In this document: in pieces, positions 56,768 through 64,000 of the stretch | How positions within the stretch are numbered: the stretch's first letter is position 1 | Layout: every line of letters begins with the position of its first letter | NCBI GenBank assembly: GCA_965219685.1 | Contig: CBDCOH010000002.1 | Location: 2,656,001-2,720,000, forward strand | Reading direction: 5' to 3' | From: Candidatus Spongiisociaceae bacterium | GTDB taxonomy: Bacteria; Actinomycetota; Acidimicrobiia; Spongiisociales; Spongiisociaceae | Length of the DNA stretch: 64,000 nucleotides | Made by a program: the position numbers and the translations under genes | Notes under the pieces: generated by a model | What the model was told of the DNA's origin: nothing | The model's input: the letters and a program-made list of their open reading frames with translations, nothing else | Database searches by the model: none

Positions 56768-57832
56768 GTGGGATCTCTCGGAGGCCGTTCACTCGACTGG
56801 ATCGACGGAGCCGTGCTCATGGTCGATCAGACCCGGCTCCCGGACTCGTACGAAACGCTGCGGATCGAATCGGTGCCGGACATGGTGGCCGCTATTCGCC
56901 GCCTCTCGGTCCGGGGCGCCCCGGCGATCGGGGTGGCGGGAGCGCTGGGAGTGGTCCTGGCGATCCAGGCTCACGGCACATCGGGAGGGGAACTCGACTC
57001 CGCGATAGCCTTCCTGCGTCAGGCCCGCCCCACCGCCGTCAACCTGGCACGGATGGTGGATCGGGTGGCGGCGGTGGCCCGGCACGGTCTCGACCGGGCC
57101 TTGCGGGAGGCCCTGCGCATACGGGATGAGGAGATCGCCGCGTCGGTGTCGATGGGCGAGTACGGCGCCGACCTGGTCCTAGAGCTGGTCGGCAGGCCCA
57201 GCGCGCGGGCCATGACCATCTGCAACACCGGCGGGCTGGCCACGATAGAACGCGGGACGGCATTAGCGGTGATCCAGACTCTGCATGAGCGGGGGACTCT
57301 TGCGGAAGCCCTGGCCCTGGAAACCAGGCCCCTCCTTCAAGGAGCTCGCCTCACCACGTGGGAACTCGGCCGGATGGGCGCTCCGCACCGTCTGCTAGTG
57401 GACTCGGCGGCCCCGTTCATGCTGGCCCGCCGCCAGGCAGATGTGGTCCTGACCGGAGCCGACCGGGTTGCCGCCAACGGCGACACCGCCAACAAGATCG
57501 GGACCTTCTCCTTGGCCCTCGGAGCGCGAAACGCCGGGGTCCCCTTCATCGTGGTGGCGCCCGAGTCGACCCTCGACTTCGACACGCCCGACGGCGCTTC
57601 GATACCGATCGAGGACCGGGATGGCGAAGAGGTGGTGACCGTCCGGGCCGCGAGCACGGCCCCGGACAACACGCGGGCGGCCAACCCGGCCTTCGACATA
57701 ACGCCGGCCGCGTTGATAACCGCGATCGTGACCGACCGCCGGGTAGTTCGCCTGGATAGGGGTGATAGCTTGGGCTCGGTCCCACTGGGGGAGCTACGCC
57801 GACCGCTGACCCCCGGAGCAATGAAGCCATGA
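56768..57832 (+). CDS. mtnA: S-methyl-5-thioribose-1-phosphate isomerase
   Basis: DQTRLP, VRGAPAIG, RPTAVNL, TICNTGGLAT, ETRPLLQGARLT, NGDTANKIGT, NPAFDITP. Confidence 0.93.
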   Translation: MGSLGGRSLDWIDGAVLMVDQTRLPDSYETLRIESVPDMVAAIRRLSVRGAPAIGVAGALGVVLAIQAHGTSGGELDSAIAFLRQARPTAVNLARMVDRVAAVARHGLDRALREALRIRDEEIAASVSMGEYGADLVLELVGRPSARAMTICNTGGLATIERGTALAVIQTLHERGTLAEALALETRPLLQGARLTTWELGRMGAPHRLLVDSAAPFMLARRQADVVLTGADRVAANGDTANKIGTFSLALGARNAGVPFIVVAPESTLDFDTPDGASIPIEDRDGEEVVTVRAASTAPDNTRAANPAFDITPAALITAIVTDRRVVRLDRGDSLGSVPLGELRRPLTPGAMKP

Positions 57833-57902
57833 ACCATAAACTCGGTCTCGCGCGGCCAGGGGCCGCGCGCCGACCCAAAGAGAAGAAAGCGAGGACCGCA
57901 TC

Positions 57903-58994
57903 ATGAAACGAACCTGGAGAATCCTCATCCTCACCCTACTCCTCGCCATGGTCGGTGTGGCCTGCGGCGATGACGCAGCGGAGGAACCTACGACCACCGC
58001 TGCTGCTCCGCAGACAACCGCCGCCCCGGTCACGGAGGCAACCACCACGACTGCGGCTGCCGAACCGGTCAGCCTGATCTATGTCAGCCCCAACCCGTTG
58101 GGGGTGAACAACTTTCTGATTCTGGGCGAGGTGGGTACCCAGCGGGTGGCCGAGCGGCGAGGCGGAACTTGGAAGACCTTCGAGTCGGTGGACGATTCCA
58201 CCCGGCGCGCCAACATCGAGGCGGCCATCGACGAGGCGCCGGACGTCATCGTTCTGACCACGTTCACGCTCGTCGAGATGGCCGACGAGTACTCGAAGGC
58301 CAATCCCGACCAGAAGTTCATCATCATCGACGCCTGCCCGGACGAGCCGGCGCCCAACCTGCACTGCGGAGTCTTCCGGGAGCACGAAGGCGCCTTCCTG
58401 CTCGGAGTGATGGCCGGCCATCTCTCCGAGGCCAAGCAGATCGGATCGGTTGCGGCGCTCGACATCCCCTTCTTCAAGCGGTGGTGGCAGAGCTTCGCCG
58501 AGGGAGCGCAGTCGGTTGATCCCGATATCGCCAACTCGGTGGTGTTCATCGCCGGCGACAACCCGTTCTCCGATCCCGCCCGCGCCAAGGAACTCGCACT
58601 TTCGCTGGCGGCGCAGGGTCCCGACCATATCTTCGCGGTCGGCGCCGGGTCCAACGGCGGTGTGTTCGAAGCCGCCCAGGAGGCCGGTTTCCTCTCGTAC
58701 GGCGTGGACGTCAACGAGTGCCCCAGCGCGCCCGGCTACATCGTCGACAACAACCTGAAGGTGGTCGATGCGGTAGTCGAGCAACTCCTTGACCAGGTGC
58801 TGGACGGAACGGCCGGTCCCGTGGTGTCCTTCGGACTGGCCGAGGGCGGCACCGGAGTGATGGCCCTCCAGCCGGACCTTGCTGACAGCCAGTGCGTCAT
58901 CGCCGACCACCCCGAGATCGTCGAAGAGGTCCGCGCGGTAGCCGACGGCATCATCGACGGCTCGATCGTGGTCAACGATCCCTTGTTCGGCTGA
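57903..58994 (+). CDS. BMP-family (nucleoside) ABC transporter substrate-binding lipoprotein
   Basis: Lipobox VAC, FREHEGAFLLG, FSDPARAKE, GVDVN. Confidence 0.88.
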   Translation: MKRTWRILILTLLLAMVGVACGDDAAEEPTTTAAAPQTTAAPVTEATTTTAAAEPVSLIYVSPNPLGVNNFLILGEVGTQRVAERRGGTWKTFESVDDSTRRANIEAAIDEAPDVIVLTTFTLVEMADEYSKANPDQKFIIIDACPDEPAPNLHCGVFREHEGAFLLGVMAGHLSEAKQIGSVAALDIPFFKRWWQSFAEGAQSVDPDIANSVVFIAGDNPFSDPARAKELALSLAAQGPDHIFAVGAGSNGGVFEAAQEAGFLSYGVDVNECPSAPGYIVDNNLKVVDAVVEQLLDQVLDGTAGPVVSFGLAEGGTGVMALQPDLADSQCVIADHPEIVEEVRAVADGIIDGSIVVNDPLFG

Positions 58995-59046
58995 TCGGGA
59001 GTCGTTCGGCCTTCCGGGAAAAAACCGTGATAGCGGCTGATAAGCC

Positions 59047-60570
59047 GTGACACCGGCTCTTGAGTTCCGGGGAGTAACCAAGCGGTTCCCGGGAGTGCTT
59101 GCCAACGACGCGATCGACATGACGGTGCGCGCCGGGGAGATACACGCCGTGGTCGGGGAGAACGGGGCCGGCAAGACGACCCTGATGTCGATCCTGTTCG
59201 GCTTGTTCCCGGCCGATGCGGGCCACATCCTGGTCAACGGTAAGCCGGCGCGGTTCGCATCCGCTCTGGACGCAATACGGGCCGGACTCGGAATGGTGCA
59301 TCAGGCCTTCCGGCTCTTCCCCACGTTGACCGTGGCTGACAACGTGGTATTCCGGGAGGAGCCCACCCGGAGTGGCCTGGTGGACCGGTCCGAGAGCATT
59401 CGACAGGTGAGCGATGTTGCGAACCGGTATGGACTGGCGGTCGACCCGACCGCGGTGGTCGAGAATCTCCCGGTGGGAGTGTTGCAGAGGGTCGAGATCC
59501 TCAAGGCCCTCTACCGGGATGCGCAGATCCTCATCCTGGATGAACCGACCGCGGTGCTGACCCCCCAGGAGCGCGACAAGCTGTTCGAGGTGATCAGGCT
59601 ATTGAGGGACTCCGGACGCACGATCCTTTTCATCACCCACAAGCTCGGCGAGGTGATGTCCCTGTCGGATCGAGTCACGGTGCTCCGGGACGGCAGGTCG
59701 GTGGCCCATCTCATCACCGCCGACACGAACCCTGAGGAGATCGCTCGACACATGACCGGACGCGATGTCGATCTGGACCGGCGGGCGCCTAGGCACAGCC
59801 CGGGGAGAACGGTGCTGACCGTATCGGACCTCAGCGCAACCGGGGAGCATGGGCGGCCAGCTGTTCATGAGGCGACGTTGAAGGTTCGTTCAGGCGAGAT
59901 CGTCGGGATAGCAGGCATCGCAGGCAACGGCCAGAGCGAGCTCATCGAGGTGATTGCCGGGTTACGGATACCGGAGACGGGATCGGTCGACCTCAACGGC
60001 GTCGATATCACCCACGCCGAGGTGTCGGCCCGCCGGGCCGCCGGCATGGCCTACGTGCCGGAGGATCGCCACGGGGTGGGGACCAGCCACCGGGCCTCGG
60101 TATGGGCCAACCTGCTGATGAGTCACCAGCGCGGACCGGAGTTCCAGCGGCGAGGCTGGTTCAACCTGCGGGCCATCCGGAACCATGCCCGCAGTCTTAT
60201 CAGCGCCTACGACATCCGATCGGGTCCGATCGGCAGTCCCGTCTCCACTCTGTCGGGCGGTAACCTCCAGAAGGTCGTCGTAGCGCGCGAGATGTCGCAC
60301 GGAGCTCCTCTACTCATCGCCGAGCAGCCCACCAGAGGGCTCGACATCGCTGCGATCGAGTTCATCCACAGCCGACTCATACAGTTCCGGGACAGGGGTG
60401 GAGCCGTCTTGATGGTGTCGGCCGAGTTGTCCGAGATCCTTGCTCTGAGCACCCGGATCCTGGTCATGTTCGGAGGGCGGATCGTCGTCGAGTTGGACCC
60501 GGCCGAAGTTACCGAGGCCGGGATCGGGCTGTACATGACGGGAGCACACCAGGAGCACGCTGATGGCTGA
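59047..60570 (+). CDS. Nucleoside/sugar ABC transporter ATP-binding protein (two ABC domains)
   Basis: GENGAGKTT, ILDEPTAVLTPQE, LSGGNLQK, QPTRGLD. Confidence 0.92.
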   Translation: MTPALEFRGVTKRFPGVLANDAIDMTVRAGEIHAVVGENGAGKTTLMSILFGLFPADAGHILVNGKPARFASALDAIRAGLGMVHQAFRLFPTLTVADNVVFREEPTRSGLVDRSESIRQVSDVANRYGLAVDPTAVVENLPVGVLQRVEILKALYRDAQILILDEPTAVLTPQERDKLFEVIRLLRDSGRTILFITHKLGEVMSLSDRVTVLRDGRSVAHLITADTNPEEIARHMTGRDVDLDRRAPRHSPGRTVLTVSDLSATGEHGRPAVHEATLKVRSGEIVGIAGIAGNGQSELIEVIAGLRIPETGSVDLNGVDITHAEVSARRAAGMAYVPEDRHGVGTSHRASVWANLLMSHQRGPEFQRRGWFNLRAIRNHARSLISAYDIRSGPIGSPVSTLSGGNLQKVVVAREMSHGAPLLIAEQPTRGLDIAAIEFIHSRLIQFRDRGGAVLMVSAELSEILALSTRILVMFGGRIVVELDPAEVTEAGIGLYMTGAHQEHADG

Positions 60571-61672
60571 TAGCCGATCGACCCGGCGCCGCGGCGCCGG
60601 CGCCACGATCGAGGCGGCACTGGCCCATCCGGTTGTCTTTTCGCTGGTCTTCGCTTTCGCCCTGGGCTGGGCGATCGTCTACCTGACCGGGAACGACCCC
60701 GGCTTCGCGTACCGCGAGATGTTGGACGGGGCGGTCGCCGGCTCCGGGCTCCGCAACACCCTCGGGAGAGCCGTTCCGATCGTCGGGATGGCGCTTGCGG
60801 TGTCGGTTGCCTTCCGGGCAGGGGTCATCAACCTCGGTGGGGAAGGCCAGATGGTCATGGGGGGCCTGGCGGGGAGCCTGGTGGCGATCTACGTACCGGG
60901 ACCGGGCGAGATCGTTATTCCCCTGGCGATGGTCGTGGGGGGATTGGCCGGAGCGATGTGGGCGATGCTACCCGCCTTCGGACAGACCCGCCTCCGCCTA
61001 CCTATCCTCATCACCAGCCTGCTGCTCAACTACGTGGCCAGAGCTGTGACCGGATACCTGGTTCGGTTCCACTTCCTGGACGACTCCGTGACTCTGACCT
61101 CAACGCGCCAGGTTCCCGAGACCGCACGGATGCCCAAGCTGCCGCTATTCGGAGGCGTAAGCCTGTCGCTCGTGCTGGTTGTCCTCGCGGTAGTGGTGGC
61201 GTGGGTGTTCTATCGACGGACCGTGCCCGGTTACGAGACGCAGATGGCCGGCTTCAACGGACGGTTCGCCCGCTACGGGGGAATACAGGTGGAACGCCAA
61301 ACCGTTGGAGTGATGGTCGTGGCCGGCGCCATCGGCGGGGCGATCGGAACCCATATGATCATCGGCGACGCCTACCGCTTCATCGATGGGGAACTGGTGG
61401 TGAGCGGTCTGGCCTGGACCGGCCTCCTGGTTGCGCTGCTGGCCGCCAACCATCCACCGATGATCCTGGTGGCCGGACTGCTGTTCTCGGGCCTCCAGAT
61501 AGGGGGATTGGCCATGCAGCGCAACGCCGATGTGTCATGGCGCCTGTCCCAGGTACTCCAAGCACTGGTGATCGTCGCGGTGGCCAGCCGTCTGACCTTC
61601 GACCTGTTCAGGCGGCGGCGGAAGGGCCCCACCACCGGCGAGCTCGAGTCTGCCGCCGTGGGAGAAGTGTGA
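60563..61672 (+). CDS. Nucleoside ABC transporter permease
   Basis: AFRAGVINLGGEGQ, ITSLLLNY, GFN..FARYGGI. Confidence 0.88.
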   Translation: MADSRSTRRRGAGATIEAALAHPVVFSLVFAFALGWAIVYLTGNDPGFAYREMLDGAVAGSGLRNTLGRAVPIVGMALAVSVAFRAGVINLGGEGQMVMGGLAGSLVAIYVPGPGEIVIPLAMVVGGLAGAMWAMLPAFGQTRLRLPILITSLLLNYVARAVTGYLVRFHFLDDSVTLTSTRQVPETARMPKLPLFGGVSLSLVLVVLAVVVAWVFYRRTVPGYETQMAGFNGRFARYGGIQVERQTVGVMVVAGAIGGAIGTHMIIGDAYRFIDGELVVSGLAWTGLLVALLAANHPPMILVAGLLFSGLQIGGLAMQRNADVSWRLSQVLQALVIVAVASRLTFDLFRRRRKGPTTGELESAAVGEV

Positions 61673-62592
61673 TGTTCGAGCAACTGTTCGACGCAGCCCT
61701 TCTGGAATCAGTGATCAGGGCAATGGTCCCGATCCTGCTAGCCGCCCTGGGCGGGATGATCTGCGAACGAGCCGGCGTGTTCCAGATCGCAATGGAAGGA
61801 ATGATGCTGGCCGGGGCCTTCGCGGCGATGGCCGGTTCGTACCTGGCCGTCTCCAGCGGCCTGGGGGTGGTGTTCGGAGTGATCGCCGGGGTGCTGGTGT
61901 CCCTGATGCTGGCATTCGGGACCGTCAGCCGGAAGGGGGATCCCATCGTGCTTGGCATCGCTCTCAACCTGATGGCGCTGGGGCTCACCGGATTCCTGCT
62001 CCCACAGATCTTCGGCGTGCGCGGCACGTTCCGCCACGAACGTATCGACGGACTGGATCGGCTACCGATTCCGGGCCTGTCGGAGATCCCGTGGATCGGG
62101 TCGGTCCTCTTCGACCAGACGATTCTCGGCTACCTGGCCTTCCTTCTGGTGCCGGCCATCTGGCTCGTCCTGTTCCGCACGCCGCTGGGTCTGCGCCTTC
62201 GGGGAGTGGGCGAGCGCCCTCTGGCGGCCGAGTCATTGGGTGTCAGCCCCACCGCCTACAAGTATGGCGCGGTGATCGTTTCGGGCGTCCTGTCGGGAAT
62301 GGCCGGAGCGCAGCTGGCATTGGGCAACCTGGTGCTGTTCGCCGAGGGCATGTCGGCGGGACGGGGCTGGGTCGCGGTGGTGGCGGTGATGCTCGGGAGA
62401 GCCCATCCCTTCGCTGTGTTCGGCGCCAGTCTCCTCTTCGCGTTCGCCGAGGGTCTCGGGTTCCGGCTGCAGGGCAACGGCCTACCCGTGCAGATAACCG
62501 ATGCCCTCCCCTTCGTGGTCACCCTCATCGCATTGATCGCCGCCCGCAAACGGTTCGTTCGGCTCCTGGACCTCACCACTGCCACGAATTGA
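61672..62592 (+). CDS. Nucleoside ABC transporter permease
   Basis: PILLAALGG..CERAGV..IAMEG, TPLGLRLR.VGE, AGRGWVA; ATG overlaps the previous stop. Confidence 0.88.
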   Translation: MFEQLFDAALLESVIRAMVPILLAALGGMICERAGVFQIAMEGMMLAGAFAAMAGSYLAVSSGLGVVFGVIAGVLVSLMLAFGTVSRKGDPIVLGIALNLMALGLTGFLLPQIFGVRGTFRHERIDGLDRLPIPGLSEIPWIGSVLFDQTILGYLAFLLVPAIWLVLFRTPLGLRLRGVGERPLAAESLGVSPTAYKYGAVIVSGVLSGMAGAQLALGNLVLFAEGMSAGRGWVAVVAVMLGRAHPFAVFGASLLFAFAEGLGFRLQGNGLPVQITDALPFVVTLIALIAARKRFVRLLDLTTATN

Positions 62593-62639
62593 CAGGGCGG
62601 CTTCCGACTCCGGTAACGGTGGCCGGAGCCCGCCGGCTT

Positions 62640-63578
62640 TCAAGGCGTCGAGGGCGAGAAGGCCAGAGGGTTGGCGTCCTGGTCGACCGGTGGATTTGAG
62701 GGATCCGAACCGACCAACTCGAGAAGTCTGGCGGCCCGTGGATCGAGATCGCTGTCGACTCTCCATACGGCCTCGATGACCCTGAGCGCCACCAGCGGCC
62801 CTTCGTCCAGGGGAGAGCCAGGCTCGGCTTCCGCCACCTGCCGCGGGAGCACCGTACTCGCGTAGCCCAGCACCGCCATCTGGCGGAGCACCGTGGGGTG
62901 GGCGGACTCGAGAGCCACCTCCGGGCGGATACCGAGTTGCGCCAGGCCCTGATCGATCAGGAGCCGGGTGCGGGACCCGGGAGGGTACAGCGCCCAGCCT
63001 TCAGCAGTCGGCTCGTAGCCGCCCGTGTCGCCAGGCGCGACCGGGGGATCGTGTGCCAGGGAATAGACATGCATCCGCTCGACGGTGACGCGCCTCGAGT
63101 TGTAACGAGCCCCGGCCGGCCCCACGACGAAGGCCAGGTCCACCTGGTAGTCGTCGAGCATCGACAGCAGTTCGGCGGACTCGGCCACCACCAACTGCAG
63201 ATCGATGTCGGGGAGATCCTCCTGCAGCCGCCGCAGCCCGGACGGGAGGGTGTACAGACCGACCGTGTCGATCATCCCCACCCGGAGGGAACCGACCTCG
63301 CCACGCTCCCAACTCTCCAGCCACCTGAGCAGATCGGTCGTCTGGCCTATGACCTGGTCCGCGTAGCGGGCCACCCGCAGTCCGGCCTCGGTCAGCACCC
63401 GCCGCCGACCGTCCCGTCTGAACAGGGGTGCTCCCAGGCGCCTGGCGAGCTCCGCCAGTGAGTGGGACAGAGCCGGCTGGCTGATGCCCAGCCCCCAAGC
63501 GGCCTCAGTGAACGAACCGGATCGCTCGACCTCTTGGAGGTAGCGCAGGCTCCTGAAATTGAGTGGCGGGATATCCAT
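62640..63578 (-). CDS. LysR-family transcriptional regulator
   Basis: GSFTEAA..LGISQPALS...L...LG..LF.R..R...LTEAG. Confidence 0.92.
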   Translation of the reverse strand: MDIPPLNFRSLRYLQEVERSGSFTEAAWGLGISQPALSHSLAELARRLGAPLFRRDGRRRVLTEAGLRVARYADQVIGQTTDLLRWLESWERGEVGSLRVGMIDTVGLYTLPSGLRRLQEDLPDIDLQLVVAESAELLSMLDDYQVDLAFVVGPAGARYNSRRVTVERMHVYSLAHDPPVAPGDTGGYEPTAEGWALYPPGSRTRLLIDQGLAQLGIRPEVALESAHPTVLRQMAVLGYASTVLPRQVAEAEPGSPLDEGPLVALRVIEAVWRVDSDLDPRAARLLELVGSDPSNPPVDQDANPLAFSPSTP

Positions 63579-63622
63579 AAGTAATCCTAATCATAAGCCA
63601 TAGAACTATCTATTTGACTGAT
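63577..63622. promoter_or_regulatory. AT-rich divergent promoter with LTTR-type T-N11-A box
   Basis: ATAAGTAATCCTAAT...ACTATCTATTTGACT between lysR and ino1. Confidence 0.5.
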
Positions 63623-63669
63623 GAGAAGTCGAGGTCAGACTGTAGTCACCAGATGCAGAGGATGTAAGA

Positions 63670-64000
63670 ATGAACGAAATAAGGGTGGCGATCGTGGGAG
63701 TCGGCAACTGTGCCTCCTCCTTCGTGCAGGGGGTGGAGTTCTACCGGGACGCACCAGCGGACCAGACCATCCCGGGGCTGATGCACCCCGTGCTGGGCGG
63801 CTACCACATCGGGGACATCCGTTTCGTGGCTGCGTTCGACGTGGACGCGGCCAAAGTGGGCCAGGACCTCTCCAAGGCGATCACCGCGGGTCAGAACAAC
63901 ACTGTTTCGTTCTGCGATGTCCCCGACCTCGACGTGGCGGTGCAGAGAGGCCCGACCCTGGACGGGATCGGCGCCTACATCGCCGGGGTGGTGGAGGAGT
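63670..64000 (+). CDS. ino1: myo-inositol-1-phosphate synthase, N-terminal part (runs off window; absent from ORF track)
   Basis: [25 protein letters not shown]...PGLMH...[16 protein letters not shown]...RGPTLDG. Confidence 0.92.
   Translation, partial: MNEIRVAIVGVGNCASSFVQGVEFYRDAPADQTIPGLMHPVLGGYHIGDIRFVAAFDVDAAKVGQDLSKAITAGQNNTVSFCDVPDLDVAVQRGPTLDGIGAYIAGVVEE

Overview
High-GC actinobacterial chromosome segment; the protein sequences and gene order look most like class Acidimicrobiia (inference). It is mostly core housekeeping: dxs tail, aapJQMP amino-acid ABC transporter, PadR/NfeD/SPFH operon, menB, dnaK-grpE-dnaJ-hspR, metX-metY, dnaX-recR-dgt-manC, and a tRNA(Tyr,Thr,Met)-tuf-rpmG...tRNA-Trp-secE-nusG-rplKA-rplJL-rpoBC cluster. 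It also has htpX, glgB, two nucleoside phosphorylases, hipBA, a putative thio/deoxy-nucleoside import and salvage cluster, LysR and the start of ino1. No CRISPR array, transposase, integrase or rRNA is visible. The main oddities are: (1) tuf has almost exclusively G/T at third codon positions, sharply confined to the gene and apparently affecting the protein; (2) RpoC has lost all four Cys of the second beta-prime zinc site, and the L33 at this locus is Zn-free and foreign-looking; (3) two in-frame UGA selenoproteins with SECIS-like hairpins, which the ORF track splits; (4) oriented 7-bp tandem arrays that start at stop codons or end at start codons; (5) a HAAS-like/NfeD fusion with an internal RBS, a phage gp64-like lipoprotein in a decayed islet, and a recent 483-bp-offset duplication inside aapM.
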